From the NCBI GenBank assembly GCA_043778225.1, contig JAYWGM010000032.1, positions 1-64,000 on the forward strand: a stretch of 64,000 nucleotides of DNA, read 5' to 3'. This document shows positions 18,750-29,818 of this stretch, one piece after another. Source of the stretch: Deinococcales bacterium (GTDB lineage Bacteria; Deinococcota; Deinococci; Deinococcales; JAAFIG01). A program made the translations under genes and the position numbers. Below the pieces are notes generated by a model. The model was not told where the DNA came from, did no database searches, and saw only the letters and a program-made list of their open reading frames with translations. Within the stretch, counting starts at the first letter, position 1; every line of letters begins with the position of its first letter.

Positions 18750-19691
18750 TTAATCGTGTAATTTTTTAGCCGCTTCTATCAGGGCGGGCATAATTGCGTG
18801 TAAATCGCCAACGATGCCATAATCGGCAACCTTAAAAATCGGGGCTTCGGCATCTTTATTGATGGCAATAATGTTTTTTGACTTACCCATGCCCGAAAGG
18901 TGCTGTACTGCCCCAGAGACACCAATCGCAATATAGGCGTTCGGCTGCACGGTTTTACCTGTTTGCCCGACTTGCTCGCCGTAGGGTCGCCAGCCAGCAT
19001 CCACCGCCGCCCGAGTTGCGCCCACGCCAGCCCCAAGCACATCGGCAAGGCTTTCGATCAAGGCAAAGTTTTCTGGGCTTCCCAAACCACGCCCACCCGT
19101 TACAACCACACTGGCTTCGGTTAAAGCAACTCGAGCCGATTTTTCGACTGTCCGACCCAAAACAGTTACACCACTGGGGCTAAGTTCAAGTTCAACATCA
19201 AAAACTTCCCCAGCACTGGCATTGGCTTGCACCACCGCTTGGGTATTGGGCTTGACGCTGACCACCACCACATCTGCAATTGCCTCGAGCGTTTCTGTGA
19301 CCCGTGCGAGGTAGGCATAATGCTGAATTTGTAAGCCACCAGCCACGGGCGTTAAAGCAATCGCGTCCTCGAGATACGGCGCATCGAGGCGCACTGCCAC
19401 CCGAGGGGCAATTTCGCGTCCGGCTCGAGAAGCTGCCAGCAGCACGGTGTTTGCTTCGGCTTGTTCGGCTAAGTCAGCCACAGCGTGCGCTAGGTTCTTT
19501 GCGCCCTCGAGCAGGGTATCTTCGCAGACCAGCACTTGGGCGGCATACTGGGCAGCTTCAGCAGCCACCGCCGACGCACCAGTCCCGAGCAGCACAGCAG
19601 TGACATCATCGCCAAGGCGTTGAGCCGCTCCAAGTACCTCAAGGGCGCTTTTCTTTAATTTAGCATCGAATTCACAAACGACTAGAATCAT
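18750..19691 (-). CDS. etfA: Electron transfer flavoprotein alpha subunit
   Basis: [37 protein letters not shown]. Confidence 0.95.
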   Translation of the reverse strand: MILVVCEFDAKLKKSALEVLGAAQRLGDDVTAVLLGTGASAVAAEAAQYAAQVLVCEDTLLEGAKNLAHAVADLAEQAEANTVLLAASRAGREIAPRVAVRLDAPYLEDAIALTPVAGGLQIQHYAYLARVTETLEAIADVVVVSVKPNTQAVVQANASAGEVFDVELELSPSGVTVLGRTVEKSARVALTEASVVVTGGRGLGSPENFALIESLADVLGAGVGATRAAVDAGWRPYGEQVGQTGKTVQPNAYIAIGVSGAVQHLSGMGKSKNIIAINKDAEAPIFKVADYGIVGDLHAIMPALIEAAKKLHD

Positions 19692-19703
19692 GGTTCTCCT
19701 CAA

Positions 19704-19725
19704 GCGAGGCGTGGCTCGCCGCTAC
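19704..19725 (-). repeat. GTAG-class REP palindrome
   Basis: GTAGCGGCGAGCCACGCCTCGC on the minus strand, between etfB and etfA. Confidence 0.7.
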
Positions 19726-19744
19726 GGTTGTTTTTTAGGGCGAT

Positions 19745-20497
19745 TTAGATAACTTTGGCTTCTTCGTGCAGCAGTTTAATCAGTTGCTCAGCCGCCGCAA
19801 CTGGGTCTTTGCCATCAATGATTTTATTGAGGCGTGGGCGCTCCTGAATTTCTTGGCTGACGACTTTCACTTTGCTATTCGAGATACCATACGCATCTGG
19901 CGTGGTTTTACGAATCTCTTTTTTCTTGGCTTTCATGATATTTGGTAAAGTCGGATAGCGCGGTTCGTTCAGTCCTTGTTGAGTGGTAATCACGGCGGGC
20001 AGTGCCAACTCGAGGCTTTCTTTGCCATCGTCGGTGTCATGGGTGGCTTGGATTCGCCCGTCCTCAAAACCAAGAATGGTTGTCCATGTGACCTGATTCC
20101 AACCCAAGGCTTCGGCTAAAGCTGCACCAAGGGCTTGTGAATCGGTGTCGGCGTGTTGTCCACCAACAAAGACCACATCTGGAGCTTCCTCGAGAACCAC
20201 GCTTTTTAGAATCTGGGCTTGCGAAACGACATCGAGCAGCATATCGGTTTCGATATGCACGGCTCGCTCGAGTCCCATGGCGAGACTGCGGCGAATCGCA
20301 TCTTCAAAACGGGCATTGCCCAGGGCTACTGCCACCGTATTGACACCGCCTTCATTGATTCGCAGTGCCTGTTCGACCCCATACTCGTCCATGCCATCGA
20401 GCGCCATGGTTGCACCCTCCAAATCTATTTTGCCATTGGCGGCTTTGACTTTGGCTTCGGCATCGGGAACTTGTCTGATTAAACAAAGAATTTTCAT
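19745..20497 (-). CDS. etfB: Electron transfer flavoprotein beta subunit
   Basis: [31 protein letters not shown]. Confidence 0.95.
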   Translation of the reverse strand: MKILCLIRQVPDAEAKVKAANGKIDLEGATMALDGMDEYGVEQALRINEGGVNTVAVALGNARFEDAIRRSLAMGLERAVHIETDMLLDVVSQAQILKSVVLEEAPDVVFVGGQHADTDSQALGAALAEALGWNQVTWTTILGFEDGRIQATHDTDDGKESLELALPAVITTQQGLNEPRYPTLPNIMKAKKKEIRKTTPDAYGISNSKVKVVSQEIQERPRLNKIIDGKDPVAAAEQLIKLLHEEAKVI

Positions 20498-20637
20498 GTT
20501 GCTCCTCTTTTTGTACTTAGTCTAAAAATAATTGTCTGGCTTGGCAAATAGAATTGTCCCGCTTTTGAGGCACAAAAACAAGCCACTGACTTGTAGCGCA
20601 AAACAAGCGGCTCGAGTTTTAGGTTAAACTGCGCCCC

Positions 20638-22344
20638 ATGATTCAACCCGATTGGTGGATACGCCAAAAAGCCCTCGAAGAAGGCATGATTGAACCCTTC
20701 GCAGACCGACAAATTCGCAGTGGCGAAAATGGTGGGATTATCAGCTATGGGGTCTCGAGTTTTGGCTATGACTTGCGGGCAGCCAGAGAGTGGAAAATCT
20801 TTGTCAATGCGTTCAGTACAGTTGTAGACCCGAAAAACTTTGACCCTCGAGCCTTTATAGACTTTGAGGGCGACGAAGTGATCATCCCGCCCAACAGTTT
20901 TGTCTTGGCGCGGAGCATCGAATATATGCGAATTCCAGACAATGTGATGGTCGTGGCACTGGGAAAGTCCAGTTATGCCCGTTGTTTTAGCGCAGACACT
21001 CGAGTCGCACTGGTGGATGGTTCAAGCCCAACCCTCGAGGAGATGGCACACCGCGCCGAGAGTGGTGAGATGTTTTGGGGCTATAGCCTTAATCAGTATG
21101 GGCGGATTGTGGTTTCGCTTTTGGATGCACCGCGTTTTATAGGTAGAGATTCGCTGCTCGAGATTGTACTGGACAACGGTGAAACGATAAAAGCCACACC
21201 AGACCATCAATTTATTACGCGAGATGGTCGGGCGGTACTGGCTTCGGAATTACGCGCCAATGATTCTTTGATGCCACTGTACCGCAAGCCATTTCGCGGT
21301 TATGAAATGACCTACCAACCTGTCAATGGTTTTTATTATCCAACCCACCGACTGGCGGATGAATGGAATCTCGAGCAGGGTATTTACCCTCAGATGCCAA
21401 GCAGTCACCGACACCACAAAGACCACAACCGACGCAATAATAATCCGTGGAATATTGAACGAATGGATGCTTCGGAGCATCTTAGGATGCACAATGCCAA
21501 ATCGTACTTACGCCTCGAAGATGGCGGAGATTTTGACCCTGAATCCCACAGCCTTGCCATCAAAGATGCCTATGAGGTGCTGCGTCAAGATGATCTACGC
21601 TACCGAAAATTGTGCCAGCAGCAGCGTAAAAAAGCCAGTGATTTCTGGCAAGACCCCGTGTATGCCGAAACTCGAGCCAAATTACGCGCCAATCGGGCTG
21701 TTTTTTATACCCAAGAAGAACGTGAAATACAGCGCCAACGCATTACTGCTGCCTATGCCAACAACCCAGAACTGCGTTCAAAAATTGCGGATTTTAGTCG
21801 CGCAGCTTGGGCGCGAGATGACGGCACACGCCAAGCACAACAACGTGAAATTGCACGGCAAATTCGCATCCGAGCCGACATCACCGAAAGCACTGTTCGC
21901 CAAGCCCTTGATGCCACAGGTTCAATCCGTGGTGCAGCCCGTTACTTAGATGTTGACCGCAGTGCCTTTAGGCGCTTCCCACATATTTTACAGCAATTTC
22001 GAGGCACATCAGTTATCAATCACCGAGTTGTTTTGGTCAGAACCCTATCCGGCGAACACGACACCTACTGTTTAACTGTGCCAGAAGCAGGTAATTTTGC
22101 CCTTGAGGCGGGTGTTTTTGTGCATAACTGCGGAATTGTAGCAAATGTTACACCTTTAGAACCGGGCTGGGAAGGACACGTGACGTTAGAGTTTAGCAAC
22201 ACCACACCACTGCCCGCCAAGATGTATGCCAACGAAGGTTGTGTGCAACTACTGTTTTTTGAAGGACCAAAACCAGAAGTGACTTACCGCGACCGCAAAG
22301 GCAAATACCAAGGGCAGACGGGTGTGACCTTACCGCGCCTCTGA
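20638..22344 (+). CDS. dcd: dCTP deaminase interrupted by an intein
   Basis: [17 protein letters not shown]|intein|[27 protein letters not shown]; spliced product 186 aa. Confidence 0.93.
   Translation: MIQPDWWIRQKALEEGMIEPFADRQIRSGENGGIISYGVSSFGYDLRAAREWKIFVNAFSTVVDPKNFDPRAFIDFEGDEVIIPPNSFVLARSIEYMRIPDNVMVVALGKSSYARCFSADTRVALVDGSSPTLEEMAHRAESGEMFWGYSLNQYGRIVVSLLDAPRFIGRDSLLEIVLDNGETIKATPDHQFITRDGRAVLASELRANDSLMPLYRKPFRGYEMTYQPVNGFYYPTHRLADEWNLEQGIYPQMPSSHRHHKDHNRRNNNPWNIERMDASEHLRMHNAKSYLRLEDGGDFDPESHSLAIKDAYEVLRQDDLRYRKLCQQQRKKASDFWQDPVYAETRAKLRANRAVFYTQEEREIQRQRITAAYANNPELRSKIADFSRAAWARDDGTRQAQQREIARQIRIRADITESTVRQALDATGSIRGAARYLDVDRSAFRRFPHILQQFRGTSVINHRVVLVRTLSGEHDTYCLTVPEAGNFALEAGVFVHNCGIVANVTPLEPGWEGHVTLEFSNTTPLPAKMYANEGCVQLLFFEGPKPEVTYRDRKGKYQGQTGVTLPRL
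20983..22128 (+). mobile_element. Intein (382 aa) with HNH homing endonuclease
   Basis: Block A CFSADTRV, block B ATPDH, block G VFVHN followed by Cys; internal HRL...[15 protein letters not shown]. Confidence 0.92.
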
Positions 22345-22525
22345 GCCTCGAGTCACCTTAGGTTAAAAAGCGCACTTGCCTCGAGACAGATTTTCAAGTA
22401 CACTCTAAAAGTTTGCATTGCCAAACACTTCTCGCTGGTTTAGCTCGAGGCTTGGATAACGTCCTTGAGTGCAGTTGACCACGGGTCGTCAAATCTAAAG
22501 CCTAACGTTACCCACAAAGGAAAAG

Positions 22526-23326
22526 ATGTCGTATCTTCAAATGAAGCAGTTGCTCGAAGCCGGAGTTCACTTTGGTCACGAAACCAAGCGTTGGAATCCA
22601 AAGATGAAGCGTTTTATTTTTGCTGAACGCAACGGAATTTTTATCATTGATTTGCAAAAGACCTTAAAGCAACTCGACCGTTCCTTTGATTTTGTCAAAG
22701 AAGTGGCTGAACGGGGCGGCGTTATCTTGATGGTTGGTACAAAAAAGCAAGCCCAAGAAATCACCGAACTCGAGGCAAAACGCTGTGGTTTGCCGTACAT
22801 CAATGTCCGTTGGCTCGGTGGCTTAATGACCAACTTCCGCACGATTCGTTTGCGGGTTGAGCGCATGAAAAACCTCGAGCGTGAATTTGAGACGGGCGAA
22901 ATCATGGCACGCCCAAAAGCCGAACGGGTGCTGTTACAAAAAGAATTGTCGGATTTGCTCAAGAACCTTGGTGGCATCCGCAACATGACCCGTCTACCAG
23001 ACGCAATTTTTATTATTGACCCAACCAAAGAAGCAATTGCCGTCAAGGAAGCCCAAAAGCTCAACATCCCAGTAGTTGCCCTTGCCGACACCGATTCTGA
23101 TCCAGATGTGATTGACTACATCATCCCTGGTAACGACGATGCGATTCGCAGTATTCAGTTAATTGCCCAACGCTTTTCTGACCTGATTATCGAATGCCGT
23201 GGCGGCGGTGCAGTTGCGGCTGTGGCTGCCACCGATGGCGAAGAAGACACCACCATGCCAAGCGATTATGTTGCCCCAACCAAGAATAGCGCCCTCGCCA
23301 GCGAACTCGCCGAAACCGTCAATTAA
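22526..23326 (+). CDS. rpsB: 30S ribosomal protein S2
   Basis: LLEAGVHFGH, RWNPKM, IPGNDDAIRSI. Confidence 0.98.
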   Translation: MSYLQMKQLLEAGVHFGHETKRWNPKMKRFIFAERNGIFIIDLQKTLKQLDRSFDFVKEVAERGGVILMVGTKKQAQEITELEAKRCGLPYINVRWLGGLMTNFRTIRLRVERMKNLEREFETGEIMARPKAERVLLQKELSDLLKNLGGIRNMTRLPDAIFIIDPTKEAIAVKEAQKLNIPVVALADTDSDPDVIDYIIPGNDDAIRSIQLIAQRFSDLIIECRGGGAVAAVAATDGEEDTTMPSDYVAPTKNSALASELAETVN

Positions 23327-23339
23327 ATAGCTTAAAGCC

Positions 23340-23382
23340 ATGAGCTATGAGCTATGAGGAAATCTCAAAGCTCATAGCTCAT
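23340..23382 (+). terminator. Hairpin built from TGAGCTA heptamer repeats
   Basis: ATGAGCTATGAGCT...AGCTCATAGCTCAT between rpsB and tsf. Confidence 0.55.
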
Positions 23383-23415
23383 TAAATTACAAATCACCCA
23401 AGGAGACAGACCCTT

Positions 23416-24243
23416 ATGATGGAATCAATTAAGAAAATTCGTGAAATGACCAGTGCTGGGATGATGGATGTTAAAAAAGCCCTGACCGATGCCAACGGCG
23501 ACGAAGAAAAAGCAGTTGCCCTACTTCGTGAGCGCGGCATTGTCAAAGCCGCCAAAAAAGCTGACCGCGAAGCCTCTGACGGTGTGGTTCGGGCTTTTAT
23601 CAGTGCCGATGGTAAAACTGCTGGTATGGTCGAAATCAACTCTGAAACCGACTTTGTGGCTCGCAATCCAGACTTCCAAAAAATGGTGGCTGAATTTGCC
23701 GAACACGTGGCACAAAATGCCGATGTCGACGGAATTATTGAAGTCGAAAGGCTCTCGAGCCAAAAGTTTTTGAACCAAGAAATCAGCCTTGGCGACCACC
23801 TCGCCCAGAACATCTCAAAAATTGGCGAGAATTTAATCCTGCACCGCGCTGCCCGATTCTCGAGCGACACAGGTATTGTTGTTTCCTATGTGCATCAGAG
23901 TGACAAAATTGGCGTGTTGATTGAACTCGAGGGTGGGGATGTTGCCCTTGCCAAAGACATTGCGCTGCACATTGCCGCCGAACGCCCGCGTTATCTGAGC
24001 CGCGATGAAGTCAACACCGACGACCTCGAGAAAGAAAAAGAAATTCTGACCAACAAAGCGATTAACGAAGGTAAACCAGCCAACATTGTTGAAAAAATTG
24101 TGGCTGGACAACTGGCAAAATTCTATGAGGACAACGTGCTGCTCGAGCAGAAATTTGTTAAAGACAACGACAAAACCATCAAGGTTTTAATCGGAAACGC
24201 GAAAATTGTGCGCTTTGCCCGTTTTGAAATTGGCAACGGTTAA
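23416..24243 (+). CDS. tsf: Elongation factor Ts
   Basis: IREMTSAGMMDVKKAL, NSETDFVA, EGKPANI. Confidence 0.97.
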   Translation: MMESIKKIREMTSAGMMDVKKALTDANGDEEKAVALLRERGIVKAAKKADREASDGVVRAFISADGKTAGMVEINSETDFVARNPDFQKMVAEFAEHVAQNADVDGIIEVERLSSQKFLNQEISLGDHLAQNISKIGENLILHRAARFSSDTGIVVSYVHQSDKIGVLIELEGGDVALAKDIALHIAAERPRYLSRDEVNTDDLEKEKEILTNKAINEGKPANIVEKIVAGQLAKFYEDNVLLEQKFVKDNDKTIKVLIGNAKIVRFARFEIGNG

Positions 24244-24311
24244 ACGAACCAAAACCGTAACGGGGTTTGCCTCGCTCAACAATGCCAAAGCCATTTGCAT
24301 CATGCAAAAAC

Positions 24312-24408
24312 AGGGCGACCACGAGGGTTTCTTGACCATAAACGCGCAGGCATGGTCGCTCACCCCTACGAAAACCAAAAAACCGTAGGGGCGAGGCACG
24401 CCTCGCCC
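24312..24408. repeat. Cluster of REP copies in both orientations
   Basis: AGGGCGACCACGAGGG, CATGGTCGCTCACCCCTAC, GTAGGGGCGAGGCACGCCTCGCCC. Confidence 0.75.
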
Positions 24409-24487
24409 AAGCTCGAGGACAAAGATGAACCAAGCACATCAAAAACATTTTTCTTCACCTCGAGACGAGGTAGACCAGATTTTTTGA

Positions 24488-25243
<756 letters not shown>

Positions 25244-25387
25244 ACTTGGCTTATTCACCAAGTTTTGGAATACTTCTGCAATTGGAAATAGGGTATGAAG
25301 GTATTTATGCAGGAATCAGTAACAATGCTACTGTGCCTGATCAAAAAGGTAAGCCGACCTCAAAACCAACCACACGGTGGGTCTTTG

Positions 25388-25435
25388 AATTGATTTTGAT
25401 GTGCATCTTTTGCGTGTTGCACATCAAAATCAATT
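25388..25435. repeat. 18-bp perfect inverted repeat
   Basis: AATTGATTTTGATGTGCA / TGCACATCAAAATCAATT with a 12-nt loop. Confidence 0.7.
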
Positions 25436-25754
25436 GATTATTTTGAATCTCAAACGCGAAGTGCGAAACTTGTTACAACTGCTAGGCATTGGATACACAA
25501 GCGCTTATCCATGATTTATACTTGTAGGAGTGGCTTTTTGGTGTATGCAGAATTCTCGAGATAGTCAAAATCGGTGGCAAGGGCGAACAAAACTATTGGT
25601 TTTGTGGAGCTTTTATTGCCTTCTGGTTTTCGGACAAAAGTAAATTGTTTCGCAGCGCTCACCAAGAGCGGAATGACGGATAAACCATGCCCGTGAGCGA
25701 TCGTGCCCGTGAGGTGCGTCTTTAGGGTCAAGACAGATGCGTGTATATGGTCAA

Positions 25755-25820
25755 GAAAACTGTGCTGTACGCTATTCTCGAGATAACTCAAAGATACTAT
25801 GAAAACTGAATGACCCACTA
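25755..25820 (+). mobile_element. Right end of the MITE family seen at 11139-11249
   Basis: GCTATTCTCRAGATAACTCA...AAACTGAATGACCCACTA is shared. Confidence 0.6.
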
Positions 25821-26092
25821 AGTATATCCGCTACGTTTCTCCCGAAGGAACAGCTTTTTACTTTGGCGCTGGAAGACGCTGGATAATTGCCATTCTTTCA
25901 TTTCCTGCATCCGACTGGCACGGCTTATTTGGTGTTCAGTTTCCGAGCCAATTCTTTATCGAAATACATGAGCAGTACAAGTTGCGGACCGATAGAACCT
26001 GCCGTAGTACAAAATAGAACCCCTGCTTGTGGCTCGAGTAAAACTTACGAGACATTTAGCTTTTTTGCAACAATCGGCTGGAGTTGGCGCTT

Positions 26093-26668
26093 CTAACAAA
26101 TTGCCAAGAAATTCTCGAGCATTTGATGTCCGTGTTGTGTTAAGGCACTCTCAGGATGAAATTGTACCCCATGAATTGGGTAGTCCTTGTGCCTCACACC
26201 CATAATCGTGCGCCCGTCCGCCTCGTTTACCCATGCATTGACCAGCAAACAGTCCGGTAAGTCTTCGATGACTAAGCTGTGATAGCGGGTTGCCGTAAAG
26301 TTTGCCTCGAGACCTGCAAAAACTCCACTTTCATCGTGTTCGATACTTGAGGTTTTACCGTGCATGAGGTTTTTGGCACGCACCACTTTTGCCCCAAATG
26401 CCAGACCGATACTTTGATGACCAAGGCAAACGCCCAAAATGGGGATACTCGAGCCGTAGTATTCGATCACGGGTACAGACAGACCAGCCTCGAGCGGGGT
26501 ACATGGACCCGGACTGATTAAAATGCCATCGGGGGCAAGAATGGCGATGTCATCACGGCTGAATTGGTCATTGCGCCAGACGATTGGTTCTGCGCCCAGT
26601 TCGCCGAGATACTGCACAAGGTTGTAAGTAAACGAATCGTAGTTGTCTATGACTAGAATTTTTTTCAT
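26093..26668 (-). CDS. trpG: Anthranilate synthase component II (glutamine amidotransferase)
   Basis: [31 protein letters not shown]; trpE upstream. Confidence 0.93.
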   Translation of the reverse strand: MKKILVIDNYDSFTYNLVQYLGELGAEPIVWRNDQFSRDDIAILAPDGILISPGPCTPLEAGLSVPVIEYYGSSIPILGVCLGHQSIGLAFGAKVVRAKNLMHGKTSSIEHDESGVFAGLEANFTATRYHSLVIEDLPDCLLVNAWVNEADGRTIMGVRHKDYPIHGVQFHPESALTQHGHQMLENFLAIC

Positions 26669-26724
26669 TAAGAATTCCTTTGGTATATGGGAATAGAAAG
26701 GCAGGACGATGACAAGCATAGCCC

Positions 26725-27219
26725 CTACGAAAGACCAAGGTCAGATTTGTGAGTCTCGAGATAGCTGCGTAAACGTGCAGCATCCACAGCGCGTTCAGAC
26801 GGCGTGGCGTTACGACCAAACAAATAGGTTAAGTACAACCAATCGTTTTTGTACCTCGGAAAAACATGGGTATGAAAATGCCAGACATCCTGATTGCCAG
26901 AAGGTTCATTATGCTGCCGCGTGGACACACCATCGCACAAATACACCGCCTTAAACGCCAACGCCACGGCTCGAGAAACACAGGCAATTTCAGTCGCAAA
27001 CTCGAGTGGAAGTTCATAAATGTTCTCAAAATGCGTATTCGGAATAACCAGAACATGACCCGTGTTACGCGGCGAACGCCACAAACAAATGAATGCTGTC
27101 ACAAGGTTCGAGCGCCAAACAACATCCTCGTCTCGAGACAACGGAAACGAATCCGTAAACTCACCTCGAGCCAGCGCACAAAACGGACAGCAATAACTTT
27201 CGGGTGCATGAGAAATCAT
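26725..27219 (-). CDS. HIT-family protein
   Basis: [27 protein letters not shown]. Confidence 0.9.
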   Translation of the reverse strand: MISHAPESYCCPFCALARGEFTDSFPLSRDEDVVWRSNLVTAFICLWRSPRNTGHVLVIPNTHFENIYELPLEFATEIACVSRAVALAFKAVYLCDGVSTRQHNEPSGNQDVWHFHTHVFPRYKNDWLYLTYLFGRNATPSERAVDAARLRSYLETHKSDLGLS

Positions 27220-27881
27220 AAAACCTCCCGAGCCTCAAGCCAACGCACAGGATTCTCGAGAATATACGATTGGGTTTTCTCGAGTTCACGCGCACCACGA
27301 ATAACACGTTCCCAATAATTATGTTGCCAAAAACGTTTCTCGAAGGGTTTCCAACCCAATTCACGCACACCACGAATATACGCATTTGTTGTTAAGGATT
27401 TGAACGCACCAACAATTTCACCCAACGCCACATTTTTCGTAGGGGCGACCCTTGTGGTCGCCCTGTGCAACGTAGAATTGACACTCAAATCCAATAAACC
27501 AATTTGGTTATCAATAACATCATATAATTCAACAGGGGCATCGTTTTGTGTTGTGGTTTGTGCCTCATCGTTTTGTGGCAGGGCGACCACAAGGGTCGCC
27601 CCTACGGGTTTGGGGTCTATCCAGACTATACCATGTACATGGTCTGGCATAATCATAAATGTGTCCAATTCAATTTCAAATCGGTTTGGTAATTCATGCC
27701 AATTCTCAAGAATCATTCGTCCAGCATCGTTTAATTGCATTCCATCTCGAGTCACCTCTCCGAACCAATTGGTTTCCCTCATTTGGGTGCAGATGGTGAT
27801 GAAATATGCGCCTGCACTCGAGTAATCAAAATTCTCGAGTCGAATGCTTTTTCTTTGGTTTTGAAATCGTTTATTGTACAT
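27216..27881 (-). mobile_element. REP-associated tyrosine transposase (RAYT, Y1 HUH)
   Basis: RKSIRL..FDYS..GAYFITICT, MPDHVHGI, FWQHNYWERVIR, YILENP; flanked by and containing GTAG REPs. Confidence 0.9.
27439..27605. repeat. Inverted REP doublet (REPIN) inside the RAYT ORF
   Basis: GTAGGGGCGACCCTTGTGGTCGCCCTG and its exact reverse complement. Confidence 0.9.
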
Positions 27882-27975
27882 GAATCCCTCGACTGTAAGG
27901 ACAGGCGACCCAGCCCGCCAGGTGCATCTTTGGGGTCAAGAGACCCCTGTGTCTGTCCTGCTTTTGGTTTGTGTT

Positions 27976-29433
27976 TTACAGTCCTGCTTCTGCGAGTTCT
28001 ACAGCCCGCCGCAAAGCTCGAGCCTTGGCTATGCTCTCTTCATACTCAAAAGTCGGACTCGAGTCTGCCACGACCCCACCAGCAGCTTGAATATGAATTT
28101 TGCCGTCTTTAACCAGCGCCGTGCGTAAAGTCAGCGCCATGTTCATACTTCCGTCAAAGGCAATATAACCAAATGCCCCGCCATACCAGCCACGCCTTGT
28201 ATGCTCGAGTTCTTCGATTATTTCCATACTGCGTATTTTCGGTGCGCCGGTCACTGTTCCCATTGGCAAGGTCGTGGCAAGCGCATCGAGTGGCGTTTTG
28301 CCATCCGCCAGTTCGCCGCGCACATCCGAAACAAGGTGCATCACATGACTGTAACGCTCGACAAACATCAGGTCGTGAACCCGCACCGTGCCGTATTTGG
28401 CAATCCGCCCGATGTCGTTGCGCCCGAGGTCTACCAGCATGATGTGTTCGGCGCGTTCTTTGGGGTCGTTTCGCAGTTCTTCCTCGAGTTGTAAATCTTC
28501 TTCGGGGGTTGTGCCACGTTTGCGTGTGCCAGCAATTGGGCGGGTAATCACAGTGCGCCCGTCGGATTTGCATAAACTTTCTGGACTGGCAGCCACAAAA
28601 GTGCAGTTGCCAAACTCGAGGTAGCCCATGTGTGGGCTTGGGTTGACATTTCGTAGGGCGCGATAAACTGCAAACGGGTGGGTGTGCAAGTCGGCAGTAA
28701 ACCTTTGCGAAATTTGCACTTGAAAAATATCGCCAGCGCGGATGTACTCGAGGGCTTTTTCAACGGCTGCTTCGTAATTTTCTTGAGTCCAGTTACTACT
28801 AAATTCGCTTTTACGGCTGGGGCGGTCGCCGGGTACGCCGGGCAGTGCGCCACGCAATTTTCGTTCAAGTTCGCCAACGGTCTCGAGGGCTTTGGTATAA
28901 CTGCCTAAATTGCCGCCGGTCGCTACCGCCACCATAAAAATACGGTGCTTTAAGTGGTCAAATATCACCATCCCTTCGGGGGCGACAAAATGCAAATCGG
29001 GAATGCCAAGCTCGTCTGGGTTGCTCGAGGGGAGTTTTTCATAAACCCGCACCAAATCGTAACTCGAGTAACCAACTGCACCACCAAAGAAGTCTGGCAG
29101 GTTTGGGTCTGGCTGGGTTTTGGCAATTGTTTTTTCGTACAGCACCCGCAAAGGGTCGTCGGTTTCAAAACTCGAGTCACCAAAAGTCCCAGTCAAGGTT
29201 ATATTGCGCCCAAAGCCTTTGATGCTACCCTGCACCCCCACGCCAATAAAACTGTACCGCGCCCAGCGCTCGCCGCCCTCGACGCTCTCGAGCAAAAAAT
29301 TAACCTGATGACCAGCCGCTACTTTGAGGTACGCCGAGACTGGTGTCTCGAGGTCTGCCAATATCTCGCGGTAAACCGGAACTCGAGTGCCGCCTGCTAC
29401 CTTTTGAAACTCTGCCAAATTGATATTCATCAT
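27976..29433 (-). CDS. trpE: Anthranilate synthase component I
   Basis: LLESVEGGE, AGDIFQV, PIAGTRKRG, EHIMLVDLGRND, GAPKIRSM. Confidence 0.95.
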   Translation of the reverse strand: MMNINLAEFQKVAGGTRVPVYREILADLETPVSAYLKVAAGHQVNFLLESVEGGERWARYSFIGVGVQGSIKGFGRNITLTGTFGDSSFETDDPLRVLYEKTIAKTQPDPNLPDFFGGAVGYSSYDLVRVYEKLPSSNPDELGIPDLHFVAPEGMVIFDHLKHRIFMVAVATGGNLGSYTKALETVGELERKLRGALPGVPGDRPSRKSEFSSNWTQENYEAAVEKALEYIRAGDIFQVQISQRFTADLHTHPFAVYRALRNVNPSPHMGYLEFGNCTFVAASPESLCKSDGRTVITRPIAGTRKRGTTPEEDLQLEEELRNDPKERAEHIMLVDLGRNDIGRIAKYGTVRVHDLMFVERYSHVMHLVSDVRGELADGKTPLDALATTLPMGTVTGAPKIRSMEIIEELEHTRRGWYGGAFGYIAFDGSMNMALTLRTALVKDGKIHIQAAGGVVADSSPTFEYEESIAKARALRRAVELAEAGL

Positions 29434-29458
29434 GCCCCTTATTTGTTTTTTGTTTTTC

Positions 29459-29558
29459 GTAGGGGCGGACCCCCGTGCCCGCCCTGCTCTTGATTTTGTG
29501 GTCGCCCTGCTCTTGATTTTGTGGTCGCCCTGCTTGCTTGGGCGAGGCAAGCCCCTAC
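29459..29558. repeat. REP doublet with internal 23-bp tandem repeat
   Basis: GTAGGGGCGGAC...GCCCCTAC enclosing (GCCCTGCTCTTGATTTTGTGGTC)x2. Confidence 0.8.
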
Positions 29559-29567
29559 GGTTCAAAT

Positions 29568-29597
29568 AAAAAACACCCGAAAAATTATCTTCGGGTG
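29568..29597 (-). terminator. trp attenuator terminator
   Basis: CACCCGAA-loop-TTCGGGTG followed by TTTTTT on the minus strand. Confidence 0.8.
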
Positions 29598-29624
29598 CGC
29601 CAATACAACAAAAAAGCAGCCCGA

Positions 29625-29666
29625 TTATCCGAGTTGCCACCACCAATTTGTGCCGTTGGGTTTCAT
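29625..29666 (-). CDS. trpL: trp leader peptide MKPNGTNWWWQLG
   Basis: Three tandem TGG codons in a 13-aa ORF upstream of the terminator and trpE. Confidence 0.85.
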   Translation of the reverse strand: MKPNGTNWWWQLG

Positions 29667-29818
29667 TGGCTTAAACCGTAGCATTTTCGGCAGTCTTTTG
29701 TCCAGTTTGGGTTAGACTGCCATAAGCCTCAAAGCTAAAGGTTGCGTTAAGTCATTTCAGTTACATTGATAATAGTACACTCAGGTTTTATAATGCCGTA
29801 TTCTTGGAGGAGATTCCT

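Noticed and set aside
29434..29646. Long N-terminal extension of TrpE in the ORF track
   Set aside because: It is read-through of the attenuator and REP doublet (RATTKSRA repeats); the true start is near 29433.
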